Of a stretch of DNA of 64,000 nucleotides, positions 1-8,660 are shown piece by piece (positions within the stretch are counted from its first letter, which is position 1; the number at the start of each line of letters is the position of its first letter). This stretch comes from an uncultured Gammaproteobacteria bacterium (GTDB lineage: Bacteria; Pseudomonadota; Gammaproteobacteria; Steroidobacterales; XN24). The translations under genes were made by a program, and so were the position numbers. A model generated the notes under the pieces. It was given only the letters and a program-made list of their open reading frames with translations. It was not told the origin of the DNA and made no database searches. The stretch is taken from contig CAWJIJ010000001.1 of the NCBI GenBank assembly GCA_963842955.1, positions 84,041 through 148,040 of the forward strand. The letters are read 5' to 3'.

Positions 1-290
1 TGGACCGGCCGGCCGGCCTCATCGGTGCGTCCTGCCACAGTCCCCGAGAGCTGGCCCGGGCTGCTGCCGCTGGCGCCGACTATGCGTTTTTGAGCCCCGT
101 CCGGCCGACCCGGTCTCACCCCGGCGCCGAGCCGCTCGGGTGGGAACAGTTTGCCGCCTGGGTCGCCCCCGTGCGGATGCCGGTTTACGCGCTTGGCGGG
201 CTCGGGCCCGGGGATCTGAAGGCCGCCTGGGACGCCGGCGCGCAGGGCGTCGCGGGTATCCGTGGATTCGGGAGCTCCCCGAGCCGGTAG
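1..290 (+). CDS. C-terminal end of a thiamine-phosphate synthase (ThiE/TenI)-like domain protein; the 5' end lies outside the window
   Basis: The frame is open from the window edge to TAG at 288-290. The tail PVYALGGLGPGDLKAAWDAGAQGVAGIRGF resembles the C-terminal part of ThiE-type barrels, which are often fused to MutT in gammaproteobacteria. Only a fragment is present. Confidence 0.45.
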   Translation, partial: DRPAGLIGASCHSPRELARAAAAGADYAFLSPVRPTRSHPGAEPLGWEQFAAWVAPVRMPVYALGGLGPGDLKAAWDAGAQGVAGIRGFGSSPSR

Positions 291-407
291 TCCCGTTCCG
301 AGGGCTTTCGGGTCGACGCCGGCCGGGCGAGGAGGAAGCAGCTTATGGCGCCACGCCGAACTCGGCAGCGCGGCAGGCCAGGACCGGCAGGCCAGGACTC
401 AGGGGGG

Positions 408-596
408 TCAGGCCGGATCGTCGTCGCGTTCGGCTTCGGGGGCGTCCTCGCCGGGAATCCCCCGTTCTTCCGTGAACCAGGCGCCGAGATCGATCAGTTT
501 GCAGCGCTCGCTGCAAAAGGGCCGCCAGCGGGCGCTCTCCGTCCATTCGACGGGACCGCCACAGGTCGGGCATTCGACGGTCAATGGTCTCCCCAC
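408..596 (-). CDS. yacG: DNA gyrase inhibitor YacG (zinc finger)
   Basis: 62 aa. The CPTCG...[16 protein letters not shown] pattern followed by an acidic tail closely matches E. coli YacG. It sits next to zapD and coaE, as in other gammaproteobacteria. Confidence 0.9.
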   Translation of the reverse strand: MGRPLTVECPTCGGPVEWTESARWRPFCSERCKLIDLGAWFTEERGIPGEDAPEAERDDDPA

Positions 597-615
597 CGCG
601 ACAACCTGAGCGAAC

Positions 616-1419
616 TCAGCAGCAGGCCAGCAGGAATTCCACGTCCCGATCCACCTGGACCGGGCGGACTTCGATGCCGGCCCAGCTCAGGAACCGGATG
701 GTGAAGCGGTGCTGACCCCCGCTCACTTCGGGGAACAGCTCGCTGCCATCGGGCAAACCGATCCGTACCAGCTGGGCAGCGTCGCTGCGGTCCATGGAGT
801 GCTGGAACATGCCGCGGGGCGCGGTGACCGCTCCGCCGGGGCCGGATTCCCGGGTCATCCACAAGAGCGCCTCGACCGCTTCGCAAAGGGGCCGGAGGAT
901 CCTGAACCAGCCCTCGAAGTCGGCGTGGCGGATGCCATGGGGGAGATTCAGCCAGTGCTTGAAGTCCGGCAGGTCGAATTCGCAGGTTCCGCCCGGGATG
1001 GCGCTGCGGTGGCGGATGGCGGAGAGAAATTCCGAGTCCTTCAGCGGCAGGGTGTAGTTGGCGCCCATTTCGTTCAGATGGGTGCGCAGTTCCGCAACCT
1101 GCTCGAGAATGCTCTCCAGTCGCTCCCGGTCCACCCCGGGCGTGGATGCGTAGCGGGACAACCGAGAGCCCTGTCGCTCGAGTTCTTTCAGGACTTCGCC
1201 GCGCACGTCGCTGCGGGTCACGATGGTCAGAATCTCGATCAGGCTGCCGATGGCCGCGCGGCTGGACCAGGGCGATTCCCCGTCCGCGTGGTGGCGGGCT
1301 TGTTCCGCCAGGAATTCCAGGCGCAGAAACGTGCGCATGCGCTCTGAAAGGGGCTGCTCGTACTGGATGATCGGTCCGGCGTTGAGCGCGGCGGTGACGT
1401 TGTGGGCGGGGGCATTCAC
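616..1419 (-). CDS. zapD: Cell division protein ZapD
   Basis: 267 aa. The N-terminal [18 protein letters not shown] and the C-terminal HRFTIRF...VEFLLACC match the E. coli ZapD (YacF) termini. Confidence 0.85.
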   Translation of the reverse strand: MNAPAHNVTAALNAGPIIQYEQPLSERMRTFLRLEFLAEQARHHADGESPWSSRAAIGSLIEILTIVTRSDVRGEVLKELERQGSRLSRYASTPGVDRERLESILEQVAELRTHLNEMGANYTLPLKDSEFLSAIRHRSAIPGGTCEFDLPDFKHWLNLPHGIRHADFEGWFRILRPLCEAVEALLWMTRESGPGGAVTAPRGMFQHSMDRSDAAQLVRIGLPDGSELFPEVSGGQHRFTIRFLSWAGIEVRPVQVDRDVEFLLACC

Positions 1420-1442
1420 AGGGGTATTGTCCTACGGTCCCG

Positions 1443-2132
1443 TCAGTCCGGCAAACGCAGGCCAGGAGCGCGCCGGGCGGGCCCCGGTCCCGCCGCCGAA
1501 TTTTCGGCCATTGATGCGGCGATTTCCCGGTAATAACGGTCGAGGCGAACGACGCTGGCTTCCAGGTCCGAAAGGGAACCTTCGTTGACGATCACATCGT
1601 CGGCCCGGGCCAGGCGCGCAGCCCGGCTCGATTGCGCGGCGATAATGGCGCGGGCGCCAGCGGGCGTTTCCCCGTCGCGTCTGAGCAGCCGGGCCAGCTG
1701 GGTCTCCTCGGAGACATCCACGACCAGCACCCGGTCACAGCTGGCGTCCAGTCCGCCCTCGATCAGCAAGGGCACCACGAGAATCTGGTAGGGGCCGTCG
1801 CGGCGGTCCGACTCCGCCACCAGTGCGCTGCGGATCAGCGGATGGGTAATGGCCTCCAGCGTCCGTCGCGCGTCGGGATCCGCGAATACCCTGCGGCGCA
1901 TCGCGGCCCGGTCCAGGCCGCCCTCGGCGTCGAACACGGCCGCGCCAAACGTTTCGGCTATGCGGGCAAGGCCCGGGGTTCCCGGTGCAACGACGTCGCG
2001 AGCGAGCTGGTCGGTATCGATGACCACGGCCCCAGCGCCGGCGAAGCTGTCGGCGACGCGGGTTTTTCCCGAGGCGATGCCGCCGGTCAGGCCGACGCGG
2101 AGTCCCGGCTGCTGGAAGGGCAGCCGCTCCAT
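1443..2132 (-). CDS. coaE: Dephospho-CoA kinase
   Basis: Contains the P-loop GLTGGIASGKT near the N-terminus. The position between pilD and zapD is conserved. The C-terminal tail is about 25 aa longer than usual. Confidence 0.9.
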   Translation of the reverse strand: MERLPFQQPGLRVGLTGGIASGKTRVADSFAGAGAVVIDTDQLARDVVAPGTPGLARIAETFGAAVFDAEGGLDRAAMRRRVFADPDARRTLEAITHPLIRSALVAESDRRDGPYQILVVPLLIEGGLDASCDRVLVVDVSEETQLARLLRRDGETPAGARAIIAAQSSRAARLARADDVIVNEGSLSDLEASVVRLDRYYREIAASMAENSAAGPGPARRAPGLRLPD

Positions 2133-2133
2133 C

Positions 2134-3054
2134 TCAGCGCAGTCCGGCCGCGCCGAGATAAGCGCCGGTGATGTGCTCGCCCCAGATCAGTGCTATCCAG
2201 CCAGCGGCCGCCAGATAGGGGCCGAAGGGAATCGGAATCTGCCGGTCCCGGCCGGCGACGACCATGAGCGTGATGCCCACGACGGCGCCTACGACCGCGG
2301 ACAGCAGGATGACCAGCGGCAGCATCTGCCACCCCAGCCAGGCGCCGAGTGCAGCCAGCAGCTTGAAATCGCCGTAGCCCATGCCTTCCTTGCCGGTGAT
2401 CAGGCGAAACAGATGATAGACGCTCCACAGGGACAGGTAGCCGGCGATTGCGCCGATCACCGCGCTGTCCAGGGTGGCGAACAGGTGCTCGCCGTCTGGC
2501 AGGTTCAGCGCCAGTCCCAGCCAGAGCAGGGGCAGGGTGATGCTGTCGGGCAATAGCTGGGTGTCGAAATCAATCACCGTGAGTACGACCAGCGCCCAGG
2601 TCAGGGCGAAGCCTGCAAAGGCCTGGGCGCCGAAGCCAAAGTGCCAGGCCACGGCGGCGGTCAGCAGGCCGGTGGCCAGTTCAACCGCCGGATAACGCAC
2701 GGAGATCCGGGTTCCGCAGGACGAACACTTGCCCCGGAGGAACAGCCAGCTCAGGACCGGGATGTTCTCATAAGCGCGGATGGCGTGCCCGCAGGACGGA
2801 CACCTCGAGCGGGGCCGGGACAGGGTCATCGGCGGTTCGCCGTCAGCCTCGGTTGCCCCTCGTGCCGTGCTGTCCTGGTCACTGTCGCCGGCCATCAGCG
2901 CGGCGCACTGTTCCCGCCAGCTGTGTTTCAGCATCACCGGCAGTCGCAGGGCGACGACGTTCAGAAAGCTGCCCACCACCAGGCCCAGCACCAGACCGAA
3001 ACCGATAAACAGGGTGGGCGAGGCCCGGAAGGCCTCGGCTAGGGTGTCCAGCAT
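2134..3054 (-). CDS. pilD: Type IV prepilin leader peptidase / N-methyltransferase
   Basis: 306 aa polytopic membrane protein. It has two CxxC pairs (CPSCGH, CSSCG) and a GMGYGDFKL active-site block. It lies downstream of pilBC. Confidence 0.9.
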   Translation of the reverse strand: MLDTLAEAFRASPTLFIGFGLVLGLVVGSFLNVVALRLPVMLKHSWREQCAALMAGDSDQDSTARGATEADGEPPMTLSRPRSRCPSCGHAIRAYENIPVLSWLFLRGKCSSCGTRISVRYPAVELATGLLTAAVAWHFGFGAQAFAGFALTWALVVLTVIDFDTQLLPDSITLPLLWLGLALNLPDGEHLFATLDSAVIGAIAGYLSLWSVYHLFRLITGKEGMGYGDFKLLAALGAWLGWQMLPLVILLSAVVGAVVGITLMVVAGRDRQIPIPFGPYLAAAGWIALIWGEHITGAYLGAAGLR

Positions 3055-3076
3055 GGCGCGGGTCCGGCGGGCGCGT

Positions 3077-4303
3077 CTAGATGACGCTGCCCATCTTGAA
3101 AATCGGCAGGTACATGGCGACGACCAGGCTGCCGACCAGCACGCCGAGCACGGCCATGATCAGCGGCTCCATCAGGCTGGACAGGTTGTCCACCGCGTCG
3201 TCCACGTCCCGCTCGTAGAAGTCCGCCACTTTGGCGGTCATCTCGTCGAGGGAGCCGGCTTCCTCGCCCACGGCCACCATCTGGATGACCATGTTGGGGA
3301 ACAGGTCGGTCGCCTCCATGGCGCGCTGCAGGCGCTGGCCCGTGGACACCTCGTCGCGCATGGCCAGCACCGCATCTTCGTACACGATGTTGCCCGTGGC
3401 GCCGGCCACCGACTCCAGGGCCTCGACCAGCGGCACACCGGCGGCGAACATCGTGGACAGGGTGCGGGCAAAGCGGGCGATGGCCGCCTTGCGCAGAATG
3501 GCGCCGAGGACCGGGATTTTCAGGGTCATCCGGTCCATGAAGGTGCGGAGCTTCCGGGACCGCTTGTAGGTGTAGCCGAACGCCCCCACGATCGCGCCGA
3601 TACCCAGCAGCAGCAGCCAGCCCTTCGTTCGTATGAATACGGACAGGTCAATGACCATGCGGGTGAAGGCCGGCAGGTCTGCGCCGAAATCCTTGAAGAT
3701 ATTTTCGAACGTCGGAATCACGTAAATCAGCAGGATGATCGAGACGATGACCGCGACCACGACCACGGCGATCGGGTAGGTCAGGGCCTTCTTGATCTTT
3801 TTCTTGATCGCCTCGGTTTTTTCCTTGTACGTGGCGATCTTGTCCAGCAGCGTTTCCAGCGCGCCGGCCTGTTCGCCGGCCTGCACCAGGTTCACGTACA
3901 AGTCGTCGAAGTGTACCGGGTGCTTGGACAGGGCGTCGGCGAGGGTCACGCCGCCTTCCAGGTCCTGCTTCACGGCCAGCAACAGCCGCTGCATGGCCTG
4001 GTTGTCATGGCCGGAACCCACGATTTCGAAGGCCTGCACCAGCGGAATGCCCGAGCTCATCATCGTCGCCAGCTGGCGGCTGAAGATGGCGATGTCTTCC
4101 GTCGTGATCTTGTCCCGGGCCGCGAACAGGCTGCTCTGCTTGCGGATTCGTGTGGGGACCAGTCCCTGGCGGCGCAGGCTGGCGCGCACGGCCGCTTCGC
4201 TGGTGGCCACGAGCTTGCCCTTGACCGCGGTGCCTCGCGCGTCCTTGCCTTCCCACGTGAACGGATACTGCTTGCCGGCGATGGTTGCCGTGCTCTCGGC
4301 CAT
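3077..4303 (-). CDS. pilC: Type IV pilus platform protein PilC (GspF family)
   Basis: 408 aa with duplicated GspF-type domains (TMMSSGIPLVQAF and TMFAAGVPLVEAL). It lies between pilB and pilD. Confidence 0.92.
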   Translation of the reverse strand: MAESTATIAGKQYPFTWEGKDARGTAVKGKLVATSEAAVRASLRRQGLVPTRIRKQSSLFAARDKITTEDIAIFSRQLATMMSSGIPLVQAFEIVGSGHDNQAMQRLLLAVKQDLEGGVTLADALSKHPVHFDDLYVNLVQAGEQAGALETLLDKIATYKEKTEAIKKKIKKALTYPIAVVVVAVIVSIILLIYVIPTFENIFKDFGADLPAFTRMVIDLSVFIRTKGWLLLLGIGAIVGAFGYTYKRSRKLRTFMDRMTLKIPVLGAILRKAAIARFARTLSTMFAAGVPLVEALESVAGATGNIVYEDAVLAMRDEVSTGQRLQRAMEATDLFPNMVIQMVAVGEEAGSLDEMTAKVADFYERDVDDAVDNLSSLMEPLIMAVLGVLVGSLVVAMYLPIFKMGSVI

Positions 4304-4408
4304 GGTTCGTTCCTCTCGTGACGCCTGGGGGTGCGTCGCTCCTTGTCGTTCTCCGCACCGGTGCCCTCAATTCCCTGGGCTCCGGTAAGGGTCCTGTTGG
4401 GGGTTCCG

Positions 4409-6127
4409 TCAGTCGATGGTGACCCGGTTGATTTCTTCGAGGCCCGTCATGCCGGAGCGGACTTTTTCCAGGCCCGCGCGGCGCAGGTCCCAGACCCCCT
4501 CGCGCGCGGCCTGTTCCGCGATCTGCATGGCGTTGCCGCCTTCCATGATGATCCGGCCGATGGCCTCGGTCACCGGCAGAACCTGGTAGATGCCCACCCG
4601 GCCCTTGTAGCCATCGTTGCAGGAGCCGCAGCCCACCGGCGCATAGACGGTAATGCCCGCTTCGATGTCTTCTTTTTCGAAGCCTTCCTTGATCAGCGCT
4701 TCCTCCGGGATGTCCTTGGGCTGCTTGCAGTTGTTGCACAAGCGCCGCGCCAGCCGCTGGGCGATGATCAGGCTCACCGTGGAGGCGATGGCGTAGGGCT
4801 TCACCCCCATGTCCACCAGCCGGGTCAGGGTCTTGGGAGCGTCATTGGTATGCAGGGTGGAGAGCACCAGGTGGCCCGTCTGGGCGGCCTTGATGGCGAT
4901 CTCCGCCGTTTCCAGGTCACGGATCTCACCCACCATGATGATGTCCGGATCCTGGCGCAGAAACGCTTTCAGGGCAGACGCGAAAGTCAGCCCCACTTTG
5001 GGGTTCACGTTGACCTGGTTGATGCCTTGCAGGTTGATTTCCGACGGATCCTCCGCCGTGGAAATGTTCCGGTCCTCGGTATTGAGGATATTGAGACCGG
5101 TGTACAGCGATACCGTCTTACCCGAGCCCGTCGGGCCGGTGACCAGGATCATCCCGTAGGGCTTGGCCAGGGCATCCATGTAGAGTTTTTTCTGGAATTC
5201 CTCGTAGCCCAGGGCGTCGATGCCCAGCTTCGCCGACGACGGATCCAGGATTCGCATCACCACCTTTTCCCCGAACAGCGTGGGACAGGAGTTGACGCGA
5301 AAATCGATGGAGCGGTTCTGGGAGAGCTTCAGCTTGATCCGGCCGTCCTGGGGCACCCGGCGCTCGGCGATGTCCAGCCGGGCCATGACCTTGATGCGGG
5401 CGGTGACCTTGGTGGACAGGGCCAACGGCGGCCGGGCCACTTCCTTGAGCACACCGTCCAGCCGGGTCCGCACCCGGTAGGCCTTCTCATACGGCTCGAA
5501 GTGGATATCCGAGGCGCCCTTGCGGATGGCGTCCAGCAGGACCTTGTTGACGAAGCGAACGACGGGAGCGTCTTCCACGTCGTCGCGGGTAATGTCGTCG
5601 GAGGTCTCCAGCTCGTCGCTGGTCTCCAGGCTGTCGAGATCGAAGTCCTCGTCGTCCAGCGACGACATGGAGGTATCCACGGCCTCCAGGCTCTTGGACA
5701 GGCGCTCCTTGAGCTTGTCCTCCTCCACGATGACCGCTTCCACCGACAGGCTGGTCTGGAAACGGATGTCGTCCACCGCCTGGAGATTGGTGGGATCAGA
5801 GACGCCGATGAACAATTTGCGGCCGCGCCGGAACAGGGGCAGGACCGAGTGCTTCTCCAGCACTTTGGCCTTTACCGAGCGGACCGCTTCCAGGTCGATC
5901 TCTACCGCTTCCAGGTCCAGCACCGGCACGCCGAACTCCTGGGCGGCAGCCTGGGCCAGGTCCCGGGCGTCGGCCAGGTTCTTGGCGACCAGCCAGGCGA
6001 CCAGCGGTGTCTTGTCCTCGCGGGCGTCGTCGATGGCCTGAGTCATGGCCGACTCGTCGATGATACCGTCCTTGACCAGGCGGCGAGGCAGCCCCGTAAG
6101 GGAGGTTTTCAGAGCGGTTACGGCCAT
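4409..6127 (-). CDS. pilB: Type IV pilus assembly ATPase PilB
   Basis: 572 aa. Walker A GPTGSGKT, the Asp box and Walker B (IIMVGEIRD), and the tetracysteine CNNC...CGSC typical of GspE/PilB ATPases. Confidence 0.95.
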   Translation of the reverse strand: MAVTALKTSLTGLPRRLVKDGIIDESAMTQAIDDAREDKTPLVAWLVAKNLADARDLAQAAAQEFGVPVLDLEAVEIDLEAVRSVKAKVLEKHSVLPLFRRGRKLFIGVSDPTNLQAVDDIRFQTSLSVEAVIVEEDKLKERLSKSLEAVDTSMSSLDDEDFDLDSLETSDELETSDDITRDDVEDAPVVRFVNKVLLDAIRKGASDIHFEPYEKAYRVRTRLDGVLKEVARPPLALSTKVTARIKVMARLDIAERRVPQDGRIKLKLSQNRSIDFRVNSCPTLFGEKVVMRILDPSSAKLGIDALGYEEFQKKLYMDALAKPYGMILVTGPTGSGKTVSLYTGLNILNTEDRNISTAEDPSEINLQGINQVNVNPKVGLTFASALKAFLRQDPDIIMVGEIRDLETAEIAIKAAQTGHLVLSTLHTNDAPKTLTRLVDMGVKPYAIASTVSLIIAQRLARRLCNNCKQPKDIPEEALIKEGFEKEDIEAGITVYAPVGCGSCNDGYKGRVGIYQVLPVTEAIGRIIMEGGNAMQIAEQAAREGVWDLRRAGLEKVRSGMTGLEEINRVTID

Positions 6128-6393
6128 GGCGGGTTCAGTCCCTTGCGTATCCCCGGGCGGTCAAGCCCTGTCTTTACGGTCGCCGGACCGTCGGCCCCGC
6201 GGTCCGGGGTTCCCGGGGCGACCGATCCCTTTGCCGGGCCCTCTGCCGGGGCCTCGGACTTGACCATAATATAGGGAAAGCCCCTGAAACAATACGTGAA
6301 CCGGATCTCGCTTCCACGTGTTCTTTCGGAGGTTCTCCGCCTGATTATTCGTCCTGTCCGTGATCTCGAAGGCGGCAGGGAAAGCGTTGGCCG

Positions 6394-6430
6394 GAACGAA
6401 AAAGAGCGCGCCCTCGTAAAGAGGGCGCGC
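6394..6430 (-). terminator. Rho-independent terminator downstream of pilA
   Basis: Perfect 10-bp GC stem (GCGCGCCCTC at 6406-6415, GAGGGCGCGC at 6421-6430) with a 5-nt loop. On the minus-strand transcript it is followed by UCUUUUU. Confidence 0.7.
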
Positions 6431-6478
6431 CCGCGGCGATCCTTGCCAGTTTCTTCCTTGAACTCGATGGTTCCTGCC

Positions 6479-6928
6479 TTAGATGCGGCAGTTGGCCGGG
6501 ACGTACTTGTTGTCCGTAGCGGCGCTAACGGCGCAGGCCCACTCGATCGGGCCGTCCGGCACGGTGCCAGCGGCAAGCGCGGCGCCGCTGGCGGTCGGCG
6601 TCAGGGTCAGCGCCACGTCCTTGGCGTTGGCGTTCATGGTGATGGCGATCTCGCCGTTACCAGCCGTGATGGCCATGGCGTTAACGTTCTCGGTACCGGC
6701 GGCGGGGAAGTCCCAGCCCTGGCCCAGGTCGGCAACCGCCGAAGAGGCGTTCTCGGACACCGTGGACTTGGCCGAAGCGGCCAGGGCCAGGCCCTCGGAA
6801 ACACGCGAGCGAACCAGGTAGTCCTGGTAGGCGGGCAGCGCGATGGCGGCCAGGATGCCGATGATCGCGACCACGATCATCAGTTCGATGAGGGTGAAAC
6901 CCTGCTGCTTGCTGCGAATGTCGTTCAC
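6479..6928 (-). CDS. pilA: Type IVa major pilin
   Basis: Prepilin leader ending in G, then [29 protein letters not shown]-terminal Cys pair forms the disulfide loop. Confidence 0.9.
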   Translation of the reverse strand: MNDIRSKQQGFTLIELMIVVAIIGILAAIALPAYQDYLVRSRVSEGLALAASAKSTVSENASSAVADLGQGWDFPAAGTENVNAMAITAGNGEIAITMNANAKDVALTLTPTASGAALAAGTVPDGPIEWACAVSAATDNKYVPANCRI

Positions 6929-6999
6929 TTGTCGTCTCCCTAAGAGAAAAGTCTTGTTCGTTGGGTCACACGGCGATGACTCGCCTGTGCCGGGGATGT

Positions 7000-7015
7000 A
7001 TCAAGGGCCGTGCCA
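7000..7015 (-). promoter_or_regulatory. Candidate sigma54 (-24/-12) promoter of pilA
   Basis: The minus strand reads TGGCACGGCCCTTGAT, against the consensus TGGCAC-N5-TTGC. It lies about 72 nt upstream of the pilA ATG. The -12 element is TTGA rather than TTGC. The sigma54 activator gene pilR is adjacent. Confidence 0.5.
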
Positions 7016-7292
7016 ACTCTTGGCTCGGCTATTCCAAGCTGATGAAATTTATAAGTTTTTAGTTGTTTTTCGGGTTCCCGGGCCTGTCGGGAAAATGCGT
7101 CAGCCTGCCGCTGGTCGGGTCAGGAACTGACAATTTGCGTCAGTCTTTTTCCCGAAAGAGGCAATCCGGGTGGCCGGAACCGCTATCGGCCGGGGTTGCC
7201 GAGAAGATTGCCGGCCCCAAAAGGGATCCCAAGGACCCCATCACGTTGCCACTGGGGCCAGATGATCCGCAGGTTCCGGTCATTCGGGGCCG

Positions 7293-8660
7293 CTATTCGA
7301 GTCCCAGCTTCTTGATCCGGTAGCGCAGCGCCCGGAAGCTGATGCCCAGCAGTTTTGCCGCCTGGGTCTTGTTGTAGCGGGTCTGCTCCAGCGCCTTGAC
7401 GATGGCGTCGCGCTCCATGTCTTCGAGCTGGCTGCCCAGGGGGCCGCCGGGGCTTGCGGGCGACGGTCCGGCCCCGCCCCCCGGCGCGGGGCCGGTGCGC
7501 AGCTGGATATCGTCCGCGTCGATGACGCCGTCGTCGCAAAGAGTCAGCGCCCGCTCGAGGACGTTTTCGAGTTCCCTGACATTGCCGGGGAAGTGGTAGC
7601 TCCTCAGGGCTTCGCGGGCGGCGGGAGTCAGTTCCGTGCGGGACAGGCCCATCCGGGGCCCCAGCCTGTTGAGCATGAAACTGGCCAGCTCCAGCACGTC
7701 TTCGCTGCGCTCCCTCAAGGGCGGTACCCGCAGCTCGATAACATTGATCCGGTAATAGAGATCCTCCCGGAAGTCTCCCTCGGCCACGAGTTCGCCCAGG
7801 TCCTTGTGGGTAGCGGACAAAAACCGCACATCCACGGCAATCTCCTTCACCGCCCCCACGGGCCGTACGCTGCGTTCCTGGATGACCCGCAGCAGCTTTA
7901 CCTGCATGTGCAGCGGCAGGTCGGCAATTTCGTCCAGGAACAGCGTGCCGCCCTCGGCGGTGAGGATCAGCCCTTCCTTGTCCCCCGTCGCCCCGGTAAA
8001 GCTGCCCTTCGTGTGACCGAACAGCTCGCTTTCCATGAGTTCCGAGGGGATGGCGCCGCAGTTGACCGGCACGAAGGGCCGGTCGGCCCGCGGCCCGGAA
8101 TCGTGGATCATTCTTGCCACGAGTTCCTTGCCGGTCCCGGACTCGCCGCAGATGTGCACAGGGGCCTGGCTGCGGGCCACCTTTCCCACCATGCGGCGTA
8201 CGCTTTCCATGGTGGCCGAAGATCCGATCAGGCCGCCGGCTTCGTCCGGCGACGCCCCGCGAACGCGGACCGCGGTGGCCACGAGCTTGCGCAGGTCGCC
8301 GATGTCCAGGGGCTTGGACACGAAGTCGAATGCGCCGAGCTTCAGTGCCCGCACGGCGGATTCCACGTTGCCGTGGGCGGTGATGACCGCCACGGGCGTT
8401 CCGGTGCTGTTGGCCTGCATCCACTCCACGAGCTCGAGACCGTCGCCGTCCGGCAGGCGCATGTCCGTCAGGCAAAGGTCAAAGGTGGTTTCGCTGAGCC
8501 GTTCCCGGGCCTCGCCCAGGTCAGCGGCCGTCGTGGGAGCCAGGTCCATCTGTTCGAGGGTCATGGCCAGCAGGTCCCGGATATCGGGCTCGTCGTCGAC
8601 GACGAGCACCCTGGCCCTGTCGGTAGCCGCCGTATCGCTCTTGGATTTCCTGGTTGACAC
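7293..8660 (-). CDS. pilR: Sigma54-dependent response regulator PilR
   Basis: Receiver domain (VLVVDDEPDIRDL), AAA+ sigma54-interaction domain (GESGTGKE, GAFTGA-like GSFTGA) and a C-terminal HTH. I place the start at GTG 8660, which overlaps the pilS stop by 1 nt. The longer ORF to 9017 overlaps pilS and looks like non-coding read-through. Confidence 0.9.
   Translation of the reverse strand: MSTRKSKSDTAATDRARVLVVDDEPDIRDLLAMTLEQMDLAPTTAADLGEARERLSETTFDLCLTDMRLPDGDGLELVEWMQANSTGTPVAVITAHGNVESAVRALKLGAFDFVSKPLDIGDLRKLVATAVRVRGASPDEAGGLIGSSATMESVRRMVGKVARSQAPVHICGESGTGKELVARMIHDSGPRADRPFVPVNCGAIPSELMESELFGHTKGSFTGATGDKEGLILTAEGGTLFLDEIADLPLHMQVKLLRVIQERSVRPVGAVKEIAVDVRFLSATHKDLGELVAEGDFREDLYYRINVIELRVPPLRERSEDVLELASFMLNRLGPRMGLSRTELTPAAREALRSYHFPGNVRELENVLERALTLCDDGVIDADDIQLRTGPAPGGGAGPSPASPGGPLGSQLEDMERDAIVKALEQTRYNKTQAAKLLGISFRALRYRIKKLGLE

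Noticed and set aside
2780-6274. Very long plus-strand ORFs (2780-4321, 513 aa; 4331-6274, 647 aa) opposite pilC and pilB
   Set aside because: These are antisense shadow ORFs typical of high-GC DNA. Their composition is Arg/Gly/His/Asp-rich and repetitive with no recognisable motifs. The opposite strand encodes textbook PilC and PilB.
6270-6300. AT-rich TATATT/TATTAT box upstream of pilB as a sigma70 -10 element
   Set aside because: No convincingly spaced -35 element is present; candidate spacers are 13-15 or 21 nt. I cannot support a specific promoter call.
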